Shown here piece by piece: positions 38,064 through 50,792 of a DNA stretch of 64,000 nt. Under the pieces are notes generated by a model, which worked only from the letters and a program-made list of their open reading frames with translations, was not told where the DNA came from and did no database searches. The position numbers and the translations under genes are program-made. Within the stretch, counting starts at the first letter, position 1; the number at the start of each line of letters is the position of its first letter. The stretch is taken from contig NC_043003.1 of assembly GCF_006345805.1 (NCBI RefSeq), positions 103,292,001-103,356,000 of the forward strand. Direction: 5' to 3'. This DNA comes from Octopus sinensis (lineage: Eukaryota).

Positions 38064-38578
38064 AAGTGTTGGCGAAATCTCGAAGTCTTAGCAATGTTAC
38101 CAATTACACACATTGAGAGCTAGACAGACAGACAGTGAACGAGAGAAAGAGAGAGATAAACAAGAACTACAAGAACTTCCAACAATTAGAGAACCGGAAT
38201 CACAACTCCACCATTACTATTGTTATCATCACAAACTAGCTACAAGGGAGACAGTAAGTGGTCGCCCTATATTCTAAAACTAACAGCTAAATCTCCCTTC
38301 TGTTACGGCCTACTGTTCATATAAAAGAATATATTCGATAATATAATTCCTTATATAGAAAACTGTGGATAGTCACGGCAGGAAGCACTTTCGATCACAG
38401 ATCTGCTCAATCAGAGCTTGCTTTGGCTTGCTTTGGTCTCGCCAACTCCTGGTGAAGTTGTAACATTCGGCGTCTTTTCGTAAAACTAGTTGCGATAATT
38501 CCTCTGCCAGTCCGACGATCCTTAAACCACTTCTTCGAGAAAGAGACAAACACACGGAATAAAACACACACATACACA

Positions 38579-38610
<32 letters not shown>

Positions 38611-38701
38611 AGAATCACCTTCAGTACAGAACTAGCACTTTATTTACCGATTCCGAAAGAGAAATTGGTAAAACTGGCCTCGGGGGTATTTGAACTCAGA
38701 T

Positions 38702-39118
38702 AAGGCGGCGAGCTGGCAGAAACGTTAGCACGCCGGACGAAATGCGTAGCCGTATTTCGTCTGCCGTTACGTTCTGAGTTCAAATTCCGCCAAGGTCGAC
38801 TTTGCCTTTCATCCTTTCGGGGTCGATAAATTAAGTACCAGTTATGCACTGGGGTCGATATAATCGACTTAATCCGTTTGTCTGTCCTTGTTTGTCCCCT
38901 CTGTGTTTAGCCCCTTGTGGGTAGTAAAGAAATAGGTATTTCGTCTGTCGTTACGTTCTGAGTTCAAATTCTGCCGAGGTCGACTTTGCCTTTCATCCTT
39001 TCGGGGTCGATAAATTAAGTACCAGTTTCGCACTGGAGTCGATGTAATCGACTTAATCCCTTTCTCTGTCCTTGTTTGTCCCCTCTGTGTTTAGCCCCTT
39101 GTGGGTAGTAAAGAAATA
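38702..39118 (+). mobile_element. SINE family B tail-i partial dimer with 16-bp TSD, inserted antisense into an older family B copy
   Basis: TSD ggtatttgaactcaga at 38685-38700 and 39119-39134. The second unit starts at 38935 with ggtatttcgtc. Confidence 0.85.
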
Positions 39119-39501
39119 GGTATTTGAACTCAGACTGCAGAGAACTGGGTCGATCATCAACTGCAAGGCATTATATCCGACGCTTTAAAAATTCGGCGAC
39201 TACTCGGGGTTAAACAACGACGATGAGCACTAAAATCTAAGATGAATCACTGCCACCAGCTTCCCAACTCTCAGCAAATGCCCTTACAAGACTTCCAATT
39301 AACCCTACCACAACAACACCAACACTACCAGTATAGATAACATCATCACATTACCATTCCCACCACGACCACCATCGCTCTAAATACCTCAATGTTCATA
39401 AAAATAGCTGCCACATCACCCCTCCCAGTATTAACACAAATATCCATTCCTCCCTACACACACACACACACTCCGGTATTATTATTATTATTATTATTAT
39501 T

Positions 39502-39657
39502 CTAAGCATACCTTTCATTTCATTGCTTCTCCTCTCCCTTTCTTCCCCTTATATATTATATTGACCCCGACACCCACACACACCCCACACACACAAATAG
39601 TAAAGTGTCCTTGTAATGTCACCCTTACAGATGCCCCTATGGCAAATAAAAGAAATC
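39502..39657 (+). mobile_element. Short 3' fragment of a Tx1-like element related to 16443-20042
   Basis: Ends atggcaaataaaagaaatc-attatt like the large element. Preceded by (ATT)n. Confidence 0.55.
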
Positions 39658-39975
39658 ATTATTAGTGTTGCTATAACTGCTGCTGCTGCTGCTGCTGCTG
39701 CTGCCGTTATTGTTTTCGTTAAATATTCCCAGCAAATGTTGCCGAAAATAACCTTAAGTACATAATAAGCATAATAAAACCCTTTTCCTAACCCCTAATT
39801 CTCTTTCTCTCCCTCTCCCACCACCCTCTCTCTCTCTCCCTCTCTCTCTCAAACACTAACATCTACCTCATTCTACTGTCATCCTATTTACACTTTGCTA
39901 ACCTTTTTAATTAAAACTGTCTAGCGAGTAGGTCCTAATAGGATCGAGAGAGAGAGAGAGAGAGAGACCTGCTCC

Positions 39976-40012
<37 letters not shown>

Positions 40013-40017
40013 ACACA

Positions 40018-40055
<38 letters not shown>

Positions 40056-40634
40056 CATACACACGCAGATCACCTCTTCCACCGCTACCATCGCTATTAA
40101 CATTATCTTGAAACCCTATTTTTAGTGTGCTAATAGTGAAATGCTATCTGTATGAAGTGCAAGAAAGCCGTTTGTAAGAGGTATGAGTGGTATATGGGTG
40201 GAGGGCGGTGGGATATGTAAATAGATGTTACCCGGGAACAGGGGCGAAAACGGAAAGATCAGTAGGCATTTGTGTAAGCATATACACACATGTATATACA
40301 CATAAGCATGTACATGCATAGATAGATAGATAGATAGAAAGATACATACATACATTAAACAAGAATGTTCAGGAATTATAGAGAATTGCAGGCTGATAGT
40401 GGTACATTTGGTGGAGGTGGTGTTGGACGTCGTCGTCGTCGTGGGTGAAAGAAAAGGGGGCAAATGTTACACTTGAAGGGTTTTCATTACTCGTATACTT
40501 GTCTACATGTAAGCCTCTTGCGAAATATGTGCGAATGTGTGTGCATGTGTAATTGTTTACATACCGATAATGGGAATGAGAGAGAGAGAGAGCGAGAGAG
40601 AGAGAGGAGAGAGAGAGCGAGAGAGAGAGAGAGC

Positions 40635-40701
<67 letters not shown>

Positions 40702-41367
40702 CGAGAGAGAGAGAGAGAGAGAGAGAGATAACGGTATGACAAACCATGTACGTTAATCATAGCTGCCTAGTTAAAAGTTTTGCTCCGCAACCACATGCTT
40801 CGGGTTCCACCTAACTGCCTTCTCTCTCTTCCTTTATCTTTTTAGTTCTTCAAGCTAGGAAACCCTCCGGTGACTCTGGCTCCCACATGTATAACACCTA
40901 GGCTTTCCACTCTGCTCCGCCAGTTTCACCGCTTTATTTCTGCATCCACATGATACATCTCCAGAATTACCCGTTATCACTTTCGAACACCATTATTGAT
41001 TGTAAGGCGATGAGTTTGCAGAATCGTTAGCGCGTCGTACAAAGTGCTTAACTGTATTTCTGATTCTTTATGTTCTGAGTTCAAAATCCACCGAGGTCAA
41101 CTTTGTCTTTCATCCTTTCGGAGTCGATAAAATAGATACCAGTCAAGTACTGGGGTCGACGTAACTAACCCACTCCCTCTAAATTTGGCGGCTGTGTGAC
41201 AAAACGTTGTAACAATTATTACTCATGCACAGAACAAATATTCATTCGTTATAAACAAACCATTTGAGCAGGTTGTTCCGCGTTTTTCTTGGTTTCTAAA
41301 ATTCTTTTGAAATAGATCTGTCTCACACAAAATCTTCCTAAACAGTGATGCTGATATATATACGAAA

Positions 41368-41756
41368 GGTGGGGGCGCAATGGCCTAGTGGTTAGGGCAG
41401 CGGACTCGCGGTCATAGGATCGCGGTTTCGATTCCCAGACCGGGCGTTGTGAGTGTTTATTGAGCGAAAACACCTAAAGCTCCACGAGGCAGGAGATGGT
41501 GGTGATCCCTGCTGTACTCTTTCACCACAACTTTCTCTCACTCTTACTTCCTGTTTCTGTTGTACCTGTATTTCAAAGGGCCGGCCTTGTCTCTCTCTGT
41601 GTCACGCTGAATATCCCCGAGAACTACGTTAAGAGTACACGTGTCTGTGGAGTGCTCAGCCACTTACACGTTAATTTCACGAGCAGGCTGTTCCGTTGAT
41701 TCGGATCAACCGGGACCCTCGTCGTCGTAACCGACGGAGTGCTTCCATCCACATCC
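41368..41756 (+). mobile_element. Full-length SINE family A, long-tail form, with 12-bp TSD
   Basis: TSD atatatacgaaa at 41356-41367 and 41757-41768. tRNA-like head with A and B boxes. Confidence 0.9.
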
Positions 41757-42082
41757 ATATATACGAAAAGACAAAGAAGTGACTCTTCCAGAACAGTACT
41801 AAAGTATTAATTCGGAATAGCCCAGGAAAACCTTTTCTATATCACCCAACTTAAAGTACGTACGATCGATGGGTTGAATAGGTTCTCTTTTTTTCATAAT
41901 GAAATCTTTAAAAATAAAAACCATCGATGACTTAACGAATAAATATTTTATGATTTTCAATACATAGCAATTTTAGCATATTATTTTCTTTTACACTGCT
42001 TTCATTATGTATACGTATTTAAATACACTTCTTTCATTAATTTTAAATTGTGAATGTTTTATCATTTTAACATTTATCGTAT

Positions 42083-42142
<60 letters not shown>

Positions 42143-42689
42143 TGTGTGTGTGTGTGTGTGTAGGTGTGTATACATATACACATATATTATATATCTGTTA
42201 TACATATATATGTATGTATGCATGTATTAGGCATATATGTATTATATATATTATATACATACATAGTATGTATGTATGCATGTATGTATGTTATGTATGT
42301 ATGCATGTATGTATGTATGTATGTATGTATGTATGCATGTATGTATGTATGTATGTATGTATGTATGTATGTGTGTATGTATGTATGTATGTATGTATGT
42401 ATGTATGTATGTATGTATGAAAATATGATCAATAAACCGCAAAGCTTTTAGTTTTCTTAATTTTCCCTTCGGCTATCATTTTCCTTAATTTCATTTTTTA
42501 ACATTGTTTCTTAAGTTTCATTTTAAGTAACGGAAAACAAATTATAAATTGTTCGATAAGTGCAGCTATTAATCCCTACAAGCGCCAAAAAAATAATATA
42601 ATAAAACGGTACAAGCAACAATTTCAAAATATGTAACTTAGAAATTAATCATTCGAATATACTCTGTTACTTCCAGTGAGGTCTGTCAT

Positions 42690-42900
42690 GAGCCCTAGGA
42701 TTCATAAGGTCGGGGCTGGAGGCATCGGTCCGTCGCAGGGTTAACTTCCCAGTTATTGCTGGAACTCACAGCTGGGTGGAGGGGAACAACACGAAATGAA
42801 ATGTTTTGCTCAAGAGCACAACGCACCATCCGTTTTCAGAATCGAAACCATGATGTTATGATCGTATGAGCAACATTCTAAACACTAGGCCAAACGCCTT
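42690..42900 (-). mobile_element. Decayed CORE-type SINE
   Basis: ttgctcaagagcacaacgc...gaatcgaaacc...cactaggccaaacgcctt reads as head plus CORE on the minus strand. Confidence 0.55.
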
Positions 42901-42959
42901 CAACTGAGAGAAAAACTGATTTGGCACATGACAAATTTCAAAGTACTCTGATATGATTT

Positions 42960-44330
42960 TGCAACTAAAACCAAAGCATTATATTAATGCCAGTCTTATG
43001 AACGTAGTGTCATTGCTTCAATATATCAAGCTTAAATACAACGAAACGGCTAAACTTGAAAGAAATATTTATTATAAGTTACTTTGGCGGAATAATGAAT
43101 TGCAATCATTTCGTAGTTATTTTTAAAAATATTATTAATGATTGTAAAATGACTTCCAAATTAAAGAAAGCTTCTTCGTACTAACACTGATCAGAAGTGG
43201 TGATCACTGTTCATTTTGAGGACGATTTGATTAATGATAATAGGAAACAGAAATATTAGTAGATGAATGAAATGCTGTCAGTGCTGTGAAAATACTTGCG
43301 ATGGCTGTAATATATATTTTAGAAAGGCATACAATGAAGTCATCTCTACATATCTTGATCTGATAGAGTGACGTAATGCTGACAGTATTGCGAAAGTTAA
43401 ACTTTATAGCAAAGTTGGTACCAGTGCCATGGTTGGAATGAACAATGGCATATAAAACTTAGAGCTGAATTCATTCGGTTATTTTAATTAGATGTTGATG
43501 CCATTCAATTTGGTTAGCAACAGTTTCTCTTGATTCTACTTGGCTGTCTATCAATTTCTTATAGGAGAAACTCGCAAATGGCTTATTAAAAAAAATCTAT
43601 ATCAGGTAATTAATGATAGAGAAAAGTCATTAACAATTCCTATAAACTGCAAAACCAGATAGTTATCTATCGAAGCAGCTATGGGAAGAAGAATATCACC
43701 AATGGCTGGATTTGCGACTGATTTTACACTGATGAGGAAACACAGTATAGTGCTGTGTTATCGAAATATTTTAAGAAATGGATTCAGAAGAAAATATTTT
43801 GGTGTATTTCTCGTTTATACATCGCATTCTTCATGAAGTACATAAATGATTTGAGTCGAATTCTACTGACTTTTAGATAATTAAGATGTAATAATTTAGA
43901 TAATCTAAAACAGCACACAGACCAACGAAAATCCAAACAATAATATTTTTTGTGTGAGTGTGTCGACCAAAATTTTGGACCTGATGTAGAGATTTTTTGA
44001 ATCCGAAAATAACATCGATTTATTACCACCTCATAAAGATTTAAGATAGTTGATCCACAGAATACTCGTTTATTGGACTGAACGAATAGAACAGATTCTG
44101 AGTTTTTCTTGGAGTGAAGTTTACCAACGTAAAGGTTCTTCTGAGTACAGTTCCTATAAATAATTGTACTACTTCAACTACTTCTTAATTTCAGTGAAGA
44201 GGTTGAAAGAAAGCTTAATGTGATAAATAATGTTAAATCAAAGTGAAGAAAGAAGATAAAAATGAACCTTCTTAATGCTATTTTATGTAGAATTAATGTT
44301 GCTGTAATTTTGAACTCTCAAAGCTTTGCA
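42960..44330 (+). pseudogene. Highly decayed hAT transposase
   Basis: Ordered hAT landmarks across frames: HFEDDLIND..ILVDE (~43220-43270), GTSAMVGMNNG (43417), IPINCKTR*LSIEAA (43635-43680), WSEVYQ (~44110), EEVERKLNVINNVKSK*RKKIKMNLLNAILC (44196-44290, dimerisation domain). No TIRs found. Confidence 0.75.
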
Positions 44331-44704
44331 AGATGTAGAAAAAATGTCACCTTTATATTAATACAAATACAGAAAGATACCTAGAAACTCTAAATAACTG
44401 AGAACGCATTCATTCTGTTTTAATTATTGATGATATACAGTAATATTATAAGTATGTTATGATACAGTTTTAAGCTAAATAAGTTTTTGTTATCCTTCTT
44501 ATGAAAATAACGTGGTTTTCCTTGAAAACAGCTATGTATTAATTTATGATAATTCTTTTAAGAAAAGGCATTTATCATAGTTGTGATTCTCGTAAACTGG
44601 GTAATTTTAGCCCGCTAATTCTTGATGTAAAACCTATGGAACTGAATTTTAATATGACAACACTGACATATCTTCACTCATCGAAAATAATAATACCAAT
44701 AATA

Positions 44705-45095
44705 ATCCTTTCTACTATAGGCACGAGGCCTGAAATTTAGGGGAGGGGATAGCTGATTACATCAACCCTAGTACTCAACTGGTACTTATTTTATCAACCC
44801 CGGAAGGATAAATGACAAAGTCGACCTCGGCGGAATTTGAACTCAGAACGTAGCGACAGACGAAATACCTATTTCTTTACTACCCACAAGGGGCTAAACA
44901 CAGAGAGGACAAACAAGGACAGACAAACGGATTAAGTCGATTATATCGACCCCAGTGCGCAACTGCTACTTATTCAATCGACCCCGAAAGGATGAAAGGC
45001 AAAGTCGACCTCGGCGGAATTTGAACTCAGAACGTAACGGCAGACGAAATACCGCTAAGAAATTCCGTCCGACGTGCTGACGATTCTGCTAGCTC
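44705..45095 (-). mobile_element. Composite SINE family B: tail-i unit (44872-45095) joined to tail-ii unit (44705-44871)
   Basis: Minus-strand junction aaagaaata|ggtatttcgtctgtc, identical to the junction at 38934/38935. Confidence 0.8.
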
Positions 45096-45921
45096 GAAGA
45101 TAATAATAATAATAATAATAAAATAATAATAATAATAATAATAGCCGATATAAAAGTAGGCTGGTTGATTGTTTTCTCCAGTCACGCTTTATATCGTGAA
45201 GGGAGAGGCGGAATTATTCACCGTTATTTTCAAGATTATTGGCAACATAAAATGATGTAGCATCACAAAGAAAGAAAAAAGTTTCAGAACGTTGGTCGTA
45301 TGACTCTTTTGTTTGTCGAATATTTCCAGTTCTTTCGGCGCGGCGCCAATATTTTCAGACGTTCCCTAAATATATTGGCCTATTTAGTATATTCTCACTT
45401 CTTTGGTTTCCTTCAATGATGAAGTCTTGACTCACATCTCTGCATGATATTCTTGCCCGGGATGGAAAATATGAAATACATTATAACATATATTTAGTAT
45501 TTATTACCTATTTATATAACAATGAGGATATATATATATATATATATATTTATGTTGTATATTATCAGTATTTGTTATTCATACTGTATATCACAGTCTG
45601 GAATATTAAACTGGGTAAATACAATGCAATATGATATCCAAGTGTCTATAATCTTGAACTGAGTGTATACTATACTGTCACACTATGTGTAATATTGGTT
45701 TCAACTTTTGGCACAAGGCCAGCAATTTCGAGGAAGTGGGGATAAGTCAATTACATCGGCCTCAGTGTTCAACTGGTACTTATTTTATCGAACCTGGAAG
45801 GATGAAAGGCAAAGTCGACCTTGGCGGTATTTGAACTCAAAACGTAAAGACGTACGAAATCTGCTGAGCATTTTGCCCAGCGTGCTAACGATTCTGCCAG
45901 TACACAGCCCTACACAGTGTG

Positions 45922-45975
<54 letters not shown>

Positions 45976-46737
45976 CACAGTAAATCATATACGATATATC
46001 AAAGTGTGTATAATACAATAAGCTATATCACAGTACGTAATAAAATGTATGTGTATACTAATGTAAGCGTAAATTTAACGTAGAAAGTATTCCAAATGTT
46101 TAATACGACAGTGTATATTATGTTGTGTAATAATAATACATCAGTGTGTATTACTACAAGGGGTCCTTCAAATATGGTGACTCGACTTGATAGAATTGTC
46201 ACATAATACTGTTTAAAAACAATGAAAATACATAGTGTCTTTCCATACTCGATAGTATAATTCTAAACAAACCTATGAAGACAAATAGTCGTGGCTGGAG
46301 TACCCATGATCCTAAGTCTGCTTGATCAGGGTTGCTCTAGAACTAACAACAACAGCTACAACTACTTAGGGTTATAATACAAATAACTATTTCTAATTTA
46401 GGAAAGAAGGCCAGCAGTTTTGAAGAGAATGGTTAGTCAGTACTATTAATCTTAGTACTTGGTTGTTGCTTAATTTTATCGACTCCGAAAGGAGAAGAGG
46501 CCAAGTTAACCAAGGTGATATTTGAATCCTAAAAGTAAAGAACCGGAAGAAATATACGAATCCCTCCCCCTCTCTCTCTCCCTCTCTCTCTCTCTCTCTC
46601 ACACACAACACACACACACACACACACACTCATTCACATTATATCTGTAACTACCTTTCTCTCTCTTTCTGTATCACTTTACCTTTCTCTGAAAAGCTGG
46701 TTTGTCCAACGTTCTAACGATTCTTGTTTCTTTATTT

Positions 46738-46969
46738 GTTTCTTTATTGCCCACAAGGGGCTAAACATAGAGGGGACAAACAAGGACAGACAAAGGGATT
46801 AAGTCGATTACATCGACCCCAGTGTGTAACTGGTACTTAATTTATCGACCCCGAAAGGATGAAAGGCAAAGTCGACCACGGCGGAATTTGAACTCAGAAC
46901 GTAACGGCAGACGAAATCCAGCTACGTATTTCGCCCGGTGTGCTAACGATTCTGCCAAACATCCGCCCT
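46738..46969 (-). mobile_element. SINE family B, tail i
   Basis: Reverse-complement tail ...gccccttgtgggcaataaagaaac. Confidence 0.85.
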
Positions 46970-47258
46970 AATAACAACATTGGACTCTAATTCAAACATT
47001 AGTCCTTAATTTAAGAACAAGACCAGCAAGTTTTAGCACAGAAATTTCTCAATACCAACGACCCAAGTACTTGAATGTACCTGGAATTTTGATGGTGAGG
47101 CGTGTCGATTACATCGACCCCAGTATTCAACTGGTACTTATCTTATCGACCCAGAAAAGATGATAGGTAATGTCGGCTTCGTTGGAATTTGAACTCAGAG
47201 CATAAAGAAGCTTGCTTGTCGACCACGTAGTTTCGGGTTCAGTGTCGCAGCGCGGCAT

Positions 47259-47302
<44 letters not shown>

Positions 47303-47392
47303 CGTTTGCCCGCTGTTCGTTCATTACACAGAACTTGGAAGCTCCCTTCCATTTTCTTATGCCAGCTGCGGTACTAGCATTGAGTGAACGTG

Positions 47393-47427
<35 letters not shown>

Positions 47428-47490
47428 GAGTGTACATTTTTATCTACAGGAACTCAACTGATTTTTGTTGATCTTTTCTTTCAAATCACC

Positions 47491-47553
<63 letters not shown>

Positions 47554-48301
47554 TCTCTCTTTCTCGCTTATTCAGTTTATCTATATCTGTATATTTATCC
47601 ATAACTACCCCTATCTCTCTCTCTATCACTTTAACTTTCACAGAAATTATCCTCAGCCAACATCATTTCTTAATCTGCATTTCCTTATCATCACCATTTT
47701 CATCTTCTTAATCTTTCTTTTCTCCCGTCTATATTTACCTGTAGTTCACCTTCACCACACACACTCTCTCTCTTTCTCTCTTCCCCCCCTCTCTCTCTCT
47801 CAGCTCCATCATCGTTCACTTATTTAACCTAATATGAATTATCCACACCTGGATAAGCAGGACCGGAAATATCTGCAGCCATCAGCCATCTTGTTTGCAC
47901 GTTTGTTACACTACCACCGCGCACACAATCACACATGCACACACACATACAATCAGATTCATACCCCACACATACGCACGCACACACACACACACACACA
48001 CACACGTACGTACGTACATATATGTACGCATACATACTTACATGCAATACTTACAAATATGCACATGTATGGCTGTGTGGTTAAGTTCACTTCGTAACCA
48101 CGGAGTCGCGGATTCAATCCCAATGCTTGGCTTAAAAGATATAGCCACACATGTTAAGTAGTTATCACAGTAAAGATTCCAACGATAATGATGATATTCC
48201 TTGTAATATTTCTTAGTTAATCTTATAACTCCCACCGACTCCTACAGATTTCTGAGTATCTTCACCGTATCACCCATGTATCTATTTAATCGTCTACATA
48301 G

Positions 48302-48727
48302 CTCTTTACTCTTTACTCTTTTACTTGTTTCAGTCATTTGACTGCGGCCATACTGAAGCACCGCCTTTAATCGAGCAAATCGACCCCGGGACTTATTATT
48401 TGTAAGCCCAGTACTTATTCTATCGGTCTCTTTTGCCGAACCGCTAAGTGATGGGGACGTAAACACACCAGCATCGGTTGTCAAGCAATGCTAGGAGGAC
48501 AAACACAGACACACAAACACACACACGCATATATATATATGTACATATATATACATATATACGACAGACTTCTTTCAGTTTCCGTCTACCAAATCCACTC
48601 ACAAGGCATTGGTCGGCCCGGGGCTATAGTAGAAGACACTTGCCCAAGATGCCACGCATTGGGACTGAACCCGGAACCATGTGGTTGGTTAGCAAGCTAC
48701 TTACCACACAGCCACTCCTCTCTGCCT
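48302..48727 (-). mobile_element. SINE family C (CORE-type, internal microsatellite)
   Basis: Reverse-complement homolog of 57061-57470. Confidence 0.85.
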
Positions 48728-49357
48728 TTATTAATTTCTTTTTTCGTGGTTTAATTTACTTGAAAGTGAAGCATGATATAAGACCCTTTGTAGGGACTGC
48801 AAGACTTGTGGAGCGGAGGCAGGGAAGGGAGTGCCACCAAGCAATTAGTTACTGCAGTAGAAAGCTTTACTTCAACATATAAGTCTGAAACTTTTTGTGA
48901 AAGAAGACATCCAGGGGCCAGACCATTGACAAAAAGGACAATGTTAAGAACATGTATGACAATCCGATGTACGCATCTGAAGGTGTATTAATTGAAAATA
49001 ACCATCTATGTATCAGATTTAATGTATATACACAACTGAAGAGCATGTTACTGCGGTTTTCTTGCGGACGTAAAGTGTTCCAAAAACACAATATATATCG
49101 GAGGGAGACGAAAAATCATTTCGGCAGCAGTGAATGCATTACTCCCTGTTTTCTATATTGAGGGCGACGAATCTCGTCTAGTCACGTGGCTAACTCATTT
49201 AAACACAGCAGACTGGGGCAGTAGAAAATAAGATCCTTGCTAAAGGATACAATATGCCGTTTGTTTCAGGAGTTGAAACCACAGCCTTAAGATTTTATAT
49301 ATATATATTCAAATAATTACAAATACGGAGACAGGTATTTCATCAAATTTTTTTCTT

Positions 49358-49590
49358 TTAATTATACAGTTGGTCATACAGCATATTTATTTGATTACAT
49401 TAACCGACATGTGTTTCTGCCGCATAAAGTATGTTCGCTGTGAACCGTGCTTGCTGAAGGACCCTGAATTAAAGTGCACAGAAGATTATGCTGGGTTGCA
49501 TGTATATCTGCACACACCCTGTGCAGCAGAAACACGTGTCGGTCATTGTAACCAAATAACTATACTCATCATTAGCTGTAAAATTAAAAG
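49358..49590. mobile_element. Foldback element with ~65-bp imperfect arms carrying hammerhead 3' halves
   Basis: accgacatgtgtttctgccgc (49403-49423) is the near reverse complement of gcagcagaaacacgtgtcggt (49523-49543). Outer arms are also complementary. Confidence 0.6.
49460..49544 (+). ncRNA. Decayed type I hammerhead candidate with extended stem II
   Basis: gacc CUGA(auuaaag) ugcacag...cugugca gc a GAAAC acgu GUC gguc. Stems I and III and a 7-bp stem II pair perfectly, but the CUGANGA box is damaged. Confidence 0.4.
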
Positions 49591-49879
49591 TACTAAAGTC
49601 GATGTAATCTACTATTCCCCTCCCTCAAAATTTCAGGCTTTGTGTCTCGTAAAAAGGATTTTTTTCTTCTTCTTTCGATATTGTTTCTATTTCTTGTCCT
49701 GTGTCTTCCCGACACCTAGGGTAAAGAAACTCACTGTATACATTGATAGACCATTAAAATAAACACACCAGATTGTTCATTTACAAAGCCAAGTTATGTC
49801 AAAGAAAAAAAAAGAAGGAAGAGAAAAGTAAAGGAAAAAGAAAATAAAGGAATTTTTTTTATGGAATTTTACATGGGCT

Positions 49880-50150
49880 GTAATCATACAGTAACAATGC
49901 TCTTCCCAATACGCATAACATATCAGTTAAAACAATCTTTTGCACTTCTTGCACGGATGCTAAGCCAGGGATCATCCTCAAATAATTTTCGGTTCCTTTT
50001 TCTGATCATTCCAAATGCTCCTACAATCACTGGTATTGTAAATGTCTTGAGAAGCCACATTCTTTCGATTTCAATGAGCAAATTCTTATATTTTCTGAGC
50101 TTGACAAATTCTTTTGCCGAGATATTATGATCACAAGGAATGCTTATTAC
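49880..50150 (-). mobile_element. C-terminal restriction-like endonuclease fragment of an R4/Dong-type non-LTR retrotransposon
   Basis: ISIPCDHNISAKEFVKLRKYKNLLIEIERMWLLKTFTIPVIVGAFGMI, then HILGRAL in another frame. Confidence 0.75.
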
Positions 50151-50321
50151 TATTAAGTTGGCATAATATTTAGCACGCCTGACAAAATGCTTAGCGGTAT
50201 TTATTCCGTATTTACGTTCTAAGTTCAAATTCTGACGAGGTCCACTCTGCCTATCATCCTTTCGGGGGTTAATAAAATAAATATCAGTTGAACACTACTA
50301 CTACTACTGCTGCTGCTGCTG

Positions 50322-50356
<35 letters not shown>

Positions 50357-50568
50357 GGCGAGCTGCCAGAATCGTTAGCATTCCGGGCAAAATGCTTAGC
50401 AGCATTTCGTCCGTCTTTACGTTCTGAGTTCAAATTCCGCCAAGGTCGACTTTGCCTTTCATTCTTTCGAGATCGATAAAACAAGTACCCAGTTAAGCAC
50501 TGGGGTCGAAGCAATCGACTTACCCCTTCCCCAAAACACTGGCCTTGTGCAAAAATTCGAAACCATTA
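50357..50568 (+). mobile_element. SINE family B, tail ii, followed by an (ATT/ATC)n compound tract to ~50790; a degraded copy lies at 50160-50300
   Basis: ggcgagctgccagaatcg...ggccttgtgcaaaaattcgaaacc-attatt. Confidence 0.8.
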
Positions 50569-50758
50569 TTATTATTATTATTATTTTATTATTAATATTA
50601 TCATCATCATCATCATCATTATTATTATTATTATTAATATTATTATCATCATTATTATTATTATTATTAATATTATTATCATCATTATTATTTTATTATT
50701 AATATTATTATCATCATCATTATTATTATTGTTATTATTATTAATATTATTATCATCA

Positions 50759-50792
<34 letters not shown>

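Noticed and set aside
41368-41445. tRNA gene (also at 780-852, 32425-32501, 34002-34080, 62905-62977)
   Set aside because: Continues into SINE body and tail with TSDs. These are SINE heads, not tRNA genes.
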